Positions 1 to 13,299 of a stretch of DNA of 64,000 nt are shown here, piece by piece. The notes under the pieces are model-generated. The model was not told where the DNA came from. It worked only from the letters and a program-made list of their open reading frames with translations, and made no database searches. The position numbers were made by a program, and so were the translations under genes. The stretch's first letter is position 1, and every line of letters begins with the position of its first letter. The stretch is from Octopus sinensis (lineage: Eukaryota): the NCBI RefSeq assembly GCF_006345805.1, contig NC_043005.1, positions 106,826,001-106,890,000 on the forward strand, given 5' to 3'.

Positions 1-725
1 GTTTTCTTCGCCATCCCCAATACAAACATAATTGTATTTTTAATCAGTTGTTTGAAATCTATTGCGCCTCTCTTGCTTTCCATTTTAAAAATATTTTTAA
101 CTTCATTGTTACAGTTCACTGATTTCAAATTTCCTCTTTTGACCAGCTAATTAATTGTAGAGACGCAATTAAAATAACCGCAAACATATAATTGGCTTTA
201 TATTTAATAATTTCATATTATATTATTTTTCCTTATATATTTTTTCCTTTCCAACAGAAGGTTATAGCTGGTTGAATCTGGTCCAGACCGGACGGTAGTC
301 AAAGCACAATCTCCCCACTCCTCCATTACTCGCCGCGCTAGTAGGATTTGAACTTGGAATCAAAATGAAGTAATATAATGAGTCTGACCTTCTGAGTTAA
401 GCCATTTTTATCCTTCTGTCGGAAATATATCTCAAAACCGGATTAATCAATCGATAATATTATCACCCACCTCCCGCCAACCCACCTCGAAGCTGAAAGT
501 TAGTTGACCTTAGGATGCAAAAGATCAAATTAAATAACATAATACGTGTAGTCCGGTGCTTTACCGTTTCTATCTTGCAGGATCTCTTCCGAACGGTGGG
601 AATCTTAGATCGACCTCAGTAATTGATTTTATTGACTGATAATTTATAGACTAATAACGAAAAGCAAAGTTTACTTCATCGTGATTTGAACCTATGATGA
701 GAATGCGATCGATAAAGCCGTGGGA

Positions 726-796
726 ACGTGCATTTGTACGCGCAAGTACATCAGCTGTTGCGATCGATACTACGCGTACGCGAGAAAAATGCACGT
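726..796. repeat. Imperfect CpG-rich inverted repeat (hairpin)
   Basis: ACGTGCATTT...AAATGCACGT outer arms and GTACGCG...CGCGTAC inner arms. Confidence 0.5.
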
Positions 797-1290
797 GCAG
801 TGTGCGCAAAAAATCCGGCTGGCTTGGAATAATGCCACAAAAAGCAGTATATTTAAGAGACCCAAAAAAGTAAGATGCAAAAGAGATATATTCTTCAAAC
901 CTGGCATGAAGGAAGGAAACACTATTTGGTTTCTCAAGAAGTTTTTTTTTGCCTTAACTTCGTTTAACAAGACCAAAAATTTTATTGAAATAAAAGCATG
1001 CTTAATTATTTTTTAATGAAAAGAACTGGTTAAACCATGTTTGTGTTCTCCCAGTCAACAGCCTTATCATTACTGGTACTTGCATATTTGTATGAATAAA
1101 ATCGTTTTTCTTTGGAATGGAAAATAATCTATCTTTATTTCTTCTTTAGCTGGTGTCTCAAATTTAGGTTAAATCAGTGTTTCTCAAAGGGAAGGCTTAT
1201 GGGACGGTCGGGCAAGTTGTTCTGAGAAAATTTGGTTAAAATGTTTGACAACTCAGCACCGTCCATTGGATGGGTGGGGGCGTTTTACTC

Positions 1291-1325
<35 letters not shown>

Positions 1326-1897
1326 TTACAGTTCCAAGTTCAATGCGATGTAACGCGAATTTTTCTGATACAAATATTTAATCAGATGTCGTAACTCATG
1401 TGCTGCCCATCATAGGCATATGAGTGATGATGACGCTTTGTAATCTCATCCACCTTTACCGCGTGTAGGTTTTGATCCTGCAAAAATACCTGCAAAAACA
1501 TCTCCACTGACCAAGCTCACTGGAATTCTGAGTTTGTCGCCAGATTTTGGCAAAATGTCTTCCACAGAGTTTCGGTGTTAAATTTCAACGAGGTGAACTC
1601 AGCCCATGGATTATAAGCGCATGTTTATAGGCATTTGAAAGTATGTTTATGTGCATGCGGGAATGTGCCTTTGTGTGACATGTGCATATGACTGAGCTTG
1701 TCTGTGACATGTGCGTGCAAGTGTGAATGTGTACATGAGTAAATAAGTACTTCGAATAACAGAATACTGCATGGCCTTCACCAAAGCAAAACGATAATTA
1801 CCAAATGAAATAATGTGCTGATATAACCGTTTGTAACTCCTGAAAGCAGTACACAAGTAAGGCCGCACAACGTAAAATAACTACAGATCTATCATAA

Positions 1898-2056
1898 AGC
1901 GCAGGAGTGGCTGTGTGGCATGTAGCTTGCTTACCAACCATAAGGTTCTGGGTTCAGTCCCACTGTGTGGCACCTTGGGCAAGTGTCTTCTATTATAGCC
2001 TCGGGCCGACTAAATTTTGTGAGTGGATTTAGTAGGCGGTAAGTGAAAAAGCCTGT

Positions 2057-2097
<41 letters not shown>

Positions 2098-2762
2098 TCT
2101 TTTTAGTCTTTTACTTGTTTCAGTCATTTGACTGCGGCCATGCTGGAGCACCGCCTTTAGTCGAGCAAATCGACCACGGGACTTATTCTTTGTAAGCCCA
2201 GTACTTATTCTATCGGTCACTTTTGCCGAACCGCTAAGTGACGGGGATGTAAACACACCAGCATCGGTTGTCAAGCAATGCTAGGGAGACAAACACAGAC
2301 ACACAAACATATACATACACACACTTATATATATATACATATATACGACAGGCTTCTTTCAGTTTCCGTCTACCAAATCCACTCACAAGGCATTGGTCGG
2401 CCCGGGGTTATAGCAGAAGACACTTGCGCAAGATGCCACGCAGTGGGACTGAACCTGGAACCATGTGGTTGATTAGCAAGCTACTTACCACACAGCCACT
2501 CCTGCGCCTATATATGTACATGTATATGAATACACACACACATATGTATATGTTTGTGCATCTGCGTTTGACAACATCGCTTGACAACCGATGCTGGTGT
2601 GTCTACGTCCCCGTAACTTAGCGGTTCAACAAAAAGAGACCGATAGAATAAGTACTAAGCTTACAAAGAATAAGTCCTGGGGTGAATTCGTTCGACAAAA
2701 GACAGAGCTCCAACATGGCCGCAGTCAAATGACTGAAACAAATAAAAGAATAAAGGAATAAA
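1898..2762 (+). mobile_element. tRNA-derived SINE family A, split by a nested copy
   Basis: Head GCGCAGGAGTGGCTGTGTGG...GGGTTCAGTCCC at 1898-2058. The 3' half (GACAACCGATGCTGGTGTG...CAGTCAAATGACTGAAACAAATAAAAG) resumes at about 2550-2762. Confidence 0.9.
2095..2508 (-). mobile_element. SINE family A, full length, nested in the previous copy
   Basis: Reverse complement of the complete family A sequence, flanked by (TA)n on both sides. Confidence 0.95.
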
Positions 2763-3096
2763 ATATCAGATAATTTTCCGCACAGTTTGACTTTAAATTT
2801 TACTGGTATAAACTTAAAGTAAACCATAGTTGCCTGTTATATAATTTACGTCGATCCAATTAACTATACACATACTTATTCCACTGACCAGACTAGGTCT
2901 CGTACTTAAGTAATTCAATGACTCAAAGAATGTGTATAATATTATTTGACTTTGCAAGAACGTTCATACGATCATCCAACATACAAGAAATAACAGCGGA
3001 ACCTAGCTTCAATTACATTCTCCATCTTGAACAAAAAGGGCAAAGGCACAATAAATAAACAAATCTAGATTATATTGTCCGAATGCAAAAACGGGA

Positions 3097-3501
3097 TACT
3101 CTTTACTCTTTTTACTTGTTTCAGTCATTTGACTGCGACCATGTTGGAGCACCGCCTTTGGTCGAGGAAACCGATCCCAAGACTTATTCTTTGTAAGTGC
3201 AGTGCTTATTCTGTCGGTCTGTTATGCCGAACCGCTCGGTTACTGGAACGTAACCACACCAGCATCGGTTGTCAAGTGATGTTGGGGGCACAAACACAGA
3301 CACACAAGCACACACACACACACACATATATTTATATACGACAGGCTTCTTTCAGTTTCTGTCTACCAAATCCACTCACAAGACTTTGGTCGGCCCGAGG
3401 CTATAGTAGAAGGCACTTGCCCAAGGTGTCACGAAGAGGGACTGAACCCGGAACCATGTGGTTGTTAAGCAAGCTACTTACCACACAGTCACTCCTGCGC
3501 T
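3097..3501 (-). mobile_element. SINE family A, full length
   Basis: TACTCTTTACTC tail through CTCCTGCGC head; colinear with the other copies. Confidence 0.95.
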
Positions 3502-4359
3502 TATAGTCACTGCTGATATAATATTTCACCATAAGTCTTTTGGATCAGGTCTGAATGTTCATACAATGAAAATGACGACAGTATGTATACAAAGGAAACT
3601 TAAAACAACCACATCAGGAATCATTACAGATTTTAAAAAAACATATAAATAAGATTTTAGAATAATCATTAATAACAATTTAGAGAAAAAACATAATTTG
3701 GTGAAGGGTATATTTAAAATAGTTTGTTTTTTTAATTGAAAAAATATTTTGAAAGCAACATTTGAGACAATACATTACAAAACAATGAAATATAATGAAA
3801 AAATGTAAATTTGTATCGGTTCTTGAACATTAGGAAAGTAAAACGTTACATTATTTTCTTTTTTGCTTTGTGATGAATATCTTTTACTGAGAAAGAAAAG
3901 AAAACTAACAATGACAAAATTGGTAAAAATTCAAGGAAAGATAAAAAAAACAAAAAACAGATGAGTAAAAAAAGACAGATGAGAAAAAAGGCAAAACATT
4001 GAAAACATTAGAAAAATAATGAAGTGATATACTGAAATTAATTTGTAAATACCTAATGAACAATTAAATAGAATTTGAAAGAGAATTGTGAAAAGGATGA
4101 AAAAAAAAAACAATTACCTATACAAACATACTTTTGTACACTAATTACAAAAAATGCGTAGTTAGAATGTGTAAATAAATTATCTAAAGATTTAGAGAAA
4201 GATTTAATAAAACTCCTATGAAATCTGTTCCCTTAGAATCATATATATGTATATGAACATTGGGACACGTGAATATGTATATGTGTGTTTGTATGTATGT
4301 ATGCATACATTCACGCACACAGACACACACACACACACATACACACATACACACACACT

Positions 4360-4408
<49 letters not shown>

Positions 4409-4810
4409 ATATATATATATACATATATATATTTACATATATGTATATACCTATATAAGTGTATTTATGTGTGTGTGTATACATATACTGTATATATATA
4501 TATATATATATACTGTATATATATAATTTAATTCTTAACCTATGCTACGGCAAGAAACCCCCAAATGGGCACCAATATCGAATTCCCTCCATCACCGAAA
4601 GCCACTCACAAAAGAATTCCTATTTAAAGGGTGTTAACACTGGTGTTGCACCAGCATGGCCACAGCTTTTATGCTGTAAGCCATAAAAGGACAAACGTAT
4701 ATTCTAAACCAAGTATTCAGCACTGTCGTCTACTTCCGTTGACAATCTGTACAGTGAAGCACACGTACCCAAACATATATACATACACACACACTAACAC
4801 ACACGTATAC

Positions 4811-4864
<54 letters not shown>

Positions 4865-5845
4865 GTATATATATATATACATATATTATATGCGACTGTG
4901 TGTATGGCTGTGCGTGTACTCACAAAATACGGCTTAGAAAATTTGTGAAATAGGTTTTTAAAATGATCGAATCAATAAACACTATACAAAAATCTCAATC
5001 ACCAAATAATGAGAAATAGCTACTTAAATGTTGATTCTGTTGAAATAATTTCATTGTTAACAACTACTTTTATTGATTGTCAGTCACCTTTCTCGTTTAT
5101 TTTTCATTTGAATAGCAATACAATAGAATATGTTGATACAAGAATGTGCGAGTATACATTAATACATATGTATAATCATACACATACATACATATTTTAC
5201 ACACACACACACACGCACACGATGTTCAATCTCATCTATTTTCACTGGCATGACTCGAAGATCATCCTTATTTATACATCGTCAGACGACAGTGAAATGA
5301 CGGGGAATTTTTCGCAGTTATAAAATATTTGAAAAGAAATGTAATTGCTACTTGGTTGAGAATTGTCTTGTTTAGGAATTAAGGTTGGAGTTGATTGCTC
5401 GTTCATCTTGTTTTGTAGAGAAAGTAAATTTTGAGTTTGTGTATTGTAGTACGAATTAGGAAGAGGAACGAGTGATGTGTGGTTGAAGTTAAATGCGGAA
5501 TATATTGTAGTTAAGGTATAAATGTGTAGTGATAGGGCTTATGTTTTATAGGTCTATATTGATTACTCTAAGTTTCAATTATGTTGAGAAATGTGGTGTG
5601 TATTGGAAAGAGGCTTTATTTATGTAACCGAACAATCAACGGCATAGAATTCTCAAATTGCTCAAGAAATATAAAATCGCAAATGCAATATAGATACGAG
5701 ATCTGAGTCAGGTTTTATAATAATTCGCAGGGCCCGAAGTATTGCTTTAGGATACATGGCATATTTTATAAATAAAGCCTGTTCAAGTACCATAACAGCA
5801 TGAAAGTACTTGCTGCTCTTTAGTTGTGTATTTAATTTCACACGC

Positions 5846-5858
5846 ACAAACACACACA

Positions 5859-5905
<47 letters not shown>

Positions 5906-6072
5906 CACACACACACACAAGAACACACACACACACAAGCACACACACATATTAATGCATGTTTTTATGTTCTATTGTAATAAAAACAATACTACATTAA
6001 TATGAAGAGTTACTCTTAACTTTGGTGAGTGCAAATACTTCGAAGTCGGAGTCTTAACCAGTGAAGCCATCG

Positions 6073-6118
<46 letters not shown>

Positions 6119-6330
6119 TAGATAGATACAAAGATAGATAGATATAGATATACATATACATATATATATATATACACATATACATATATATACACACATA
6201 TATATATACACATATATATGTATATATATATATATGTATATATATATACATGTTTATATATATATATACATGTATATATATATGTATGTATATATATATG
6301 TATATATATGCATACATACATACACACAAA
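5846..6330. repeat. (CA)n and (TA)n/(GATA)n microsatellite cluster
   Basis: Seen directly in the sequence. Confidence 0.9.
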
Positions 6331-6933
6331 ATTACATGTACATATGCATGATGACCTTTAAATACTGACGATGGAAGGAATATGTGACGTACCAGTCATT
6401 ATGACCAACCTATTTGCATGTTGGATTCGAGAGATGATGATGTGTAAAGGTTGCTGAGTGGGGAGCGTGTTGGATGAATTTCATATTTTAGAAAACACTG
6501 CTCTTCTACGCCGGAGTATATTATTAGAAAGTCTCACGACCGCAAGGAAGAATATGTAAAATATATTTTAAATATTATATACCCAAGGTTCATGGAACTT
6601 CCGTTCGTTGTCATACAAAGCATGCAGACAAAGTCATTAGTTGTACATGAAGGAAAAGGAAAGACAGACAGCTTCGGAGTTGTCCTTGCAAAACGAGTAT
6701 TTTGGTATGTGATCGTGTGCTGAAAAGAAAGCGATTGCTGTTCGGAAGACACAAGTTAGACATTCAGAAAGAAGATACAAAAGCTTTTTATGGTATTTTC
6801 ATCGCATGAAATTGCGACTTATTCACTGACAATAGGGATACACTTGGCTATGCCAGTAAAACAATGCAAACTTCGATAACCAAGAAAACCGTGTAAAATA
6901 ATACTTGCAGGAAGTGTAGGTAATTATAGAATA

Positions 6934-7301
6934 CTAGCAGTATCGCCCGGCGTTGCTCGGGTTTGTAAGGGAAATAACTATAAAGCATTTTTAGAGAGTT
7001 ATAGCCAAAAAATGGAGAAAAAAAATTATGGTAAATTTTTTTTGAGAGTTAAAAATGGTCGAGTTGCGTCCCCTAGACAGTCTGTGGTTTGTGTTTCTGA
7101 TTCTCGACCCCATGTCGAATTTATCGATTTTTTTCAGAACTGGGGGAACTTTTCAAAATTTTAGCTGCGTTAGTTTTGAATTATGACATTGGGCTATGTG
7201 TGTGTCAAGTTTCATCAGAATCGGTTGAAAGCCGTGGTCAGGGTGAGGGTACAACCTGACAGACACACACACAGACAAACTGCCGTTTATATAGAGAGAG
7301 A
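6934..7301 (-). mobile_element. Non-autonomous Helitron (368 bp)
   Basis: The minus strand starts A|TCTCTCTCTATATAAACGG and ends CCCGAGCAACGCCGGG hairpin...CTAG|T. These are the canonical TC/CTAG termini, AT insertion site and subterminal hairpin (6946-6961). Confidence 0.9.
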
Positions 7302-7679
7302 TATGACAGAGGGCAAATAGTACGGACATTTGTTACTATTTGCACGCCCGCAGAAAACCATCGGCACCAAGAATAGGAATAACGCAACAGCAAAATATAT
7401 ACTAAGAACAGTAGCAAATGGCGCAAGCACAGTAACAGCCGGGAATTGCCTGTTTGGGACAACTACAGACGTGCAAACTTCAAAGCTGTCTGAGATGCAC
7501 ACATGTCAGTGAAACCCACAAGCTTTCATTTTGTGATCACCCATTGCCGGTTTAGTGGGCTTGTATCGAGCAGCTATCGTTGCATTTAGGACGAATATGG
7601 CTATTAGCAGATTCCATTGTGAGAGTTGGCCTACTATTTTCTTTGTCATGGAAAGGCAGTTAGATTTCTTCATGGTTTC

Positions 7680-8060
7680 CATCATCCTTTTATCAACTAC
7701 AATAATGTCTGGTCCCCGAGCGTCAATCACCGAATAACACTAGATTTCAAAACCCAACAAGATCTTATGTGCATTATTCTCGATGACGCCCTCTAGATTT
7801 TGCTCGAACCATTTCAATATCCTTTCAAGACTCTACTCTCACACAATCTCCAGTGAACATACATAATTATCAGGCCTTCTTTCGAACTGGTTCTGAGTCA
7901 ATTTGCTACACTCAGTCACAATATGTGAGACTGTTTCATTTCTTATGCCAATCAATCCTACAAAGGCGCGATTTGCTACTCTTACCTTCTTGGAACTTGG
8001 TGTAATTAGTTTTTAAAGCTTGTTCCTGAAGTGATTCAAATTTATTCCACTTTTCAAGGT
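7680..8060 (-). pseudogene. R4/Dong-type non-LTR retrotransposon remnant: zinc knuckle and restriction-like endonuclease
   Basis: Manual translation across frameshifts: QEQALKTNY...LCRI / NETVSHIVTECSKLTQNQFERR / VHWRLCESRVLE..KWFEQNLEGVIEN..HKIL..DARGPDIIVVDK. Confidence 0.8.
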
Positions 8061-8158
8061 GTGTCTTGATGTTGCCTTTTATGTGTGTGTGTGTGGAGGG
8101 AGAGATCATAGAACACAAGAATGGTGACAGGCTATCTCCTTGAAATATGCCTCTCCTG

Positions 8159-8385
8159 ATTCTTTTTCTTTTATTCTTTTACTTGTTTCAGTCATTTGAC
8201 TGCGGCAATGCTGGAGCACCGCCTTTAGTCGAGCAAATCGACCCCAGGACTTATTCTTTGTAAGCCCAGTACTTATTCCATCCGTCTCTTTTGCCAAACC
8301 ACTAAGTGACGGGGACGTAAACACACCAGCATCGGTTGTCAAGCAATGCTAGGGGGACAAACACAGACACACAAACACACTCTCT

Positions 8386-8441
<56 letters not shown>

Positions 8442-8611
8442 CATATATACGACAGGCTTCTTTCAGTTTCCGTCTACCAAATCCACTCACAAGGCATTGG
8501 TCGGCCCGGGGCTATAGCAGAAGACACTTGCCCAAGATCCCACGCAGTGGGACTGAACCCGGAACCATGTGGTTGGTTAGCAAGCTACTTACCACACAGC
8601 CACTCCTGCGC
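8159..8611 (-). mobile_element. SINE family A, inserted within the LINE remnant
   Basis: Full-length reverse copy with internal CA/TA tract. Confidence 0.95.
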
Positions 8612-8639
8612 TCCGCATGATGCTAACTATGTATTCCAG

Positions 8640-8940
8640 TTCTTCATTGATTTCCTGATTACATTCAGAATCTTATCAGGCACCAATACCAACACAAGAC
8701 TTCCTAAAATCTAGGAATGGGGGAACATGTCGTAAGTTATCTTGTAACCGGTCCAGTCCATAGTCAGATTAGTATGTCTTTTCTTACAGTTGTTGGGCGC
8801 AATTCTGTATATCAGAAGTTGGTCTTTTAACCCTCGGCTTTTCCTCTTTCACTCCGTCTTTTCAACTGGCCGCTCGTCATTCATTTCAAAGAAGTCGTAC
8901 ACACGATCAGATATTATTCCTGTTGTCAGTGTCACATCAG
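8640..8940 (-). pseudogene. R4/Dong-type reverse transcriptase fragment
   Basis: LTTGIISDRVY...KSRGLKDQLLI..NCKKRHTNLTMDWTGYKITYDMFP resembles the family motif RGTKDQLLID...AWIDYKKAYDMVPH. Confidence 0.75.
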
Positions 8941-10381
8941 GAGAGTTGTTGTCGTTGTAGTTGTTGTTGCTGCTGCTGTTGGTGTTGTTGAGATTGTTGT
9001 TGTTCTTATTGTTGTTACTGTTTTTGCAATTGTTATTATCGTTCTTGTTTTTGTTATTTCCGCGACCTGAAAGTCTCTTTGAGGCTCCGTGAGTTTCTCT
9101 CTTATTTCTGTGTTATTTTCACAGATTTTACTCTTGTTTAATTTATTGCTTTGTCTAACCACTGAGCCAACTGGGACTCTAAATGAATACTCGACTACCT
9201 TCTTTGTTTATCGAAAGTGACAGAATATTGAAGGGAAAAGTATTTGATTTCGAATCAAAATAGAATTCTCAAATGGCTTCCTTTATTTTCTTCTTGCTGG
9301 CCAGCCAACAAAAGAGGCTGGTGGCAGGAAATTTTCAAGATGATCGAATTATTTGCAGCCAGCGCTTCCTTCCACAGATCACCGCCACAGGAAAATGACC
9401 AATAGGAAAATAAACATCAACAATATCAACAACAGTAATACAGTAGCAATAACAGCAACAACAAAGACAACCTCAACAGCGATAACGTTCCACAGAAACT
9501 GGCAGCGGCAGGAAAATTGTAGCCGTAGCCCGGTACATCATTACACGGGGAGTGATTTCAATACCACTGCTACTACTCCAGTTACAACAAACTCTAAGAG
9601 CTTTAATGGAGACACTTATGTCCTTTTTGTAAAATCTCAGAAAATAATTAAAAATTCACATTTTTTATCAAATTATTTTGTTATATTTGTCTATCTATCC
9701 AACTGTAAGCATTTTAAATATTTCACTAACTTTTTTGTTATAACTTGGCAAAAGGGTATATTTTTTGCCAAAAATTGCTAAATTTGTTCCCACAGTCTTC
9801 TTTATCCACAACCAGAATCGTAAACTTTCTTTTAAAAATAATAATGCAATAAGCAGTAGCAGCAGCAACAGTGACAAAGTTAGCAAGAGCATTAGATGAA
9901 GGTCACTCGCTGTTATTGCAAAAACTTTTGATAGAGTCCCACTGGACAAAAACATAGAAGCGTGGAAAAAACTGAACGATACATCAGCACAAGAAGAAGA
10001 AAAGTTACCTCAGCGAACATAGAATATCATTGGTATACAGATGAATATCGTTGAAGAGATATAGATTGAAACGAAGCAAGCTGGTTCATAGAATTTGTCA
10101 CACGTGCCAGCGAATATGAGTCGGAGATTTTGGAGTAGCAGCACTTTAGTGTTTCACACAAGAGTCAGGTTGTTAGATTGATAATAATTTACCTGAGACA
10201 GAGAGTGATTAGGATAAAAATTGCGAACATTCCATCAAAACTAGAATTTTGCTAGGTGATGTTTGTGTGTTTGTAGCGTATGTGTGTACATGTATATGCA
10301 TTTGCCTACATATGATGTTACTGTGTCTGTACGTGTGAGCATGAGTACTTATGTATATATGTGTAAATCTATATATATTCA

Positions 10382-10382
10382 A

Positions 10383-10447
<65 letters not shown>

Positions 10448-10542
10448 TATATATATATATAGATATGTTTGTTTATTAGCCACACAAGGCTGAATACAGA
10501 CGGGACAAATTACAAGGTAGAGCTTTTCTTTTTGGGGAGAAA

Positions 10543-10613
<71 letters not shown>

Positions 10614-10632
10614 TATAGATAGATAGATAGAT

Positions 10633-10677
<45 letters not shown>
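10382..10677. repeat. (GA)n and (GATA)n microsatellites
   Basis: Seen directly in the sequence. Confidence 0.9.
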
Positions 10678-11219
10678 GTAAAGTACACTAATTTGGTTTT
10701 CGAAATAGGAATTCAATCTGTTTATCAAATTAGTATATAAGTGGATTACACATGAAGTCTAAACGTTCAGGATAATTCTACTCCGTTTCCACTGGAATAC
10801 TCAACCGATTACACGTTAACTCACTGAGTATTCAGATCAAGTGATCGAGTCATTGTTACACTCATCATCGAAACAGATGGAGATCCATATATACGCACGT
10901 ATAGATGCATGCATATGTGAATACGTGTATATGAAGATACAAGTATGTGTAATTATGTCTGTATGTGTATATAAAATGTGGATTAAAGGAAGTGTAACTG
11001 AAACATGTGAAGGTCATTGAGATTATATAAAACATATTTCTGGTTATTGCTTTGCTTTCGTATATGTTGACGCTTTTTTGTAATTATATTTCCATGCTGG
11101 TCTTTATTTGTTACCGTTTATATTTGTGTTTAATTTTGACATCATTCTAACAGCCGTAAATGGTGTTTATTCTTGTTTTACCTTGAGGGATGCGGTGCAC
11201 TTAGGAGCGATGGAAATCG

Positions 11220-11905
11220 GACAGTAGCAACAAAGACAACAACAACAACAAGGACGAAGACAGGCGACAGTAACACTAACGGAAGAAGAGCCAGCAGGAA
11301 GAACTGCCAAAAAAAAAAAAAAGGGCTGGAAGGAGGACAGTAGGAGCAGACGCAGAAACTTCTATGCATCATCATTATCATCATCATCACTATCAGCATC
11401 ATCATCAATGATAACAAAAGGAACAACGTCTTTAAAAGCAGCAACAATATTAACAATGGTGATAACAGCAGGATGAAAATCATCAACAGCAGGAGCACTG
11501 TCAACAGAACAACAAGACCAATAACAATAACAACAACAACAACAATAAAAGCAAACACTGAAAATAGCACGAATAGTTGCGGTGATGATGATGATGATGA
11601 CGACGACAACAACAACAACAATACGAACGTCGATATCAATGGTGAGATTTCCACAGGAACCGCGAAAATAACAACAAAAATTGAAATAGCAACGAGAGTA
11701 ATATTGTGACCAACAGCAGGAGAATCAGAGTTAGCAACAACAAAAAGAACAGCGTTAACAACAACACCATTGAAGAAATATGAAATAGTCCCAAACAGCA
11801 ACATCTGATTGAGACACAATAAAACAAACAATAATAAAAGACCCACAGAATCTACTACAAATACTAATAATAATATTAACAACAACAACAACAATAATAA
11901 CAATA
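11220..11905. repeat. Cryptic AAC/ATC trinucleotide low-complexity tract
   Basis: Degenerate ACA/ATC/ATG triplets; source of the 241-aa Leu/Val ORF. Confidence 0.75.
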
Positions 11906-12075
11906 ATCTTTTCTACTCTAGACACAAGGCCCGAATTTTTTATGTCGCTGTCATAATTTACCGCCAAGCCGTTTTATCGGATTGAAACCCTTATTCTCTC
12001 GCTTTCTGTTGAAGGGATGCATTTCACTTTTCAGGTGATTGTTTTGTTGCTAACTCTCAATGAAAGGAGAGTGGT

Positions 12076-12460
12076 GGAGGCGCAATGGCCCAGTGGTTAG
12101 GGCAGCGGACTCGCGGTCATAGGATCGCGGTTTCGATTCCCAGACCGGGCGTTGTGAGTGTTTATTGAGCGAAAACACCTAAAGCTCCACGAGGCTCCGG
12201 CAGGGGATGGTGGTGATCCCTGCTGTACTCTTTCACCACACCTTTCTCTCACTCTTACTTCCTGTTTCTGTTGTACCTGTATTTCAAAGGGCCGGCCTTG
12301 TCACTCTCTGTGTCACGCTGAATATCCCCGAGAACTACGTTAAGGGTACACGTGTCTGTGGAGTGCTCAGCCACTTACACGTTAATTTCACGAGCAGGCT
12401 GTTCCGTTGATTCGGATCAACCGGAACCCTCATCGTCGTAACCGACGGAGTGCTTCCTTC
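12076..12460 (+). mobile_element. tRNA-derived SINE family C, full length
   Basis: A box TGGCCCAGTGG (12086-12096), B box GGTTTCGATTCCC (12129-12141), non-tRNA body and short CTTC tail. Confidence 0.85.
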
Positions 12461-12642
12461 CAATGGAAGGAGAGCTCAGTAAGCTTGTGTTGCGGATACG
12501 CAGACTCACGCTGACGGTGCTTCACCTACAGAGTTTTCTGGATGGTGAGCAAGTGTTGCCTCTTTATGTAAGGCTCATTTTCTGCACCACATCTTTCTGC
12601 CAGAACGACAGACCGGGTTCTTGAATAAAACTAAGTCTGATA

Positions 12643-13057
12643 TACTCTTTACTCTTTTACTTGTTTCAGTCATTTGACTGCGGCCATGCTGGAGCACCGC
12701 CTTTAATCGAGCAACTCGACCCCGGGACTTATTCTTTTTTTTGTAAGCGCAGTACTTATTCTATCGGTATCTTTTGCCGAACCGCTAAGTAACGGGGACC
12801 TAAACACACCAGCATCGGTTGTCAAGCAATGCTAGGGGGACAAACACAGACACACAAACACACACACGCACATACATATGTATATACATATATACGACGG
12901 GCTTCTTTCAGTTTCCGTCTACCAAATCCACTCACAAGGCTTTGGTCGGCCCGAGGCTATAGTAGAAGACACTTGCCCAAGGTGCCACGCAGTAGGACTG
13001 AACCCGAAACCATGTGGTTGGTAAACAAGCTACTTACCACACAGCCACTCATGCGCC
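12643..13057 (-). mobile_element. SINE family A, full length
   Basis: Colinear reverse copy; TA at both junctions. Confidence 0.95.
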
Positions 13058-13299
13058 TATCTTAGATATCAGGAATAACGTCAGGCTCTTTGTAGCTTCT
13101 ACCAGTCGAACGATGCGCCGGTGTAACTTTCACTTTAAAACATGTAGAAGACTAGTGGTGGATAAGTGTGAAGACGTTTAGCATCGAAAGGAAAGATGGG
13201 GGTGATCTGTATCTTTTCCTCAGCTTTGTTTAATATTACTGGTAAAGGAATCAAAGAATATTGCTATATTTCTTGCCAAAAAAATACACGCACTATATA

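Noticed and set aside
11178-11903. 241-aa hydrophobic ORF resembling a membrane protein
   Set aside because: It is the antisense of a cryptic AAC/ATC repeat, with no domain or splice support.
12076-12147. tRNA gene
   Set aside because: A and B boxes are present, but the acceptor stem is not closed and the sequence runs on into a SINE body shared with 38358.
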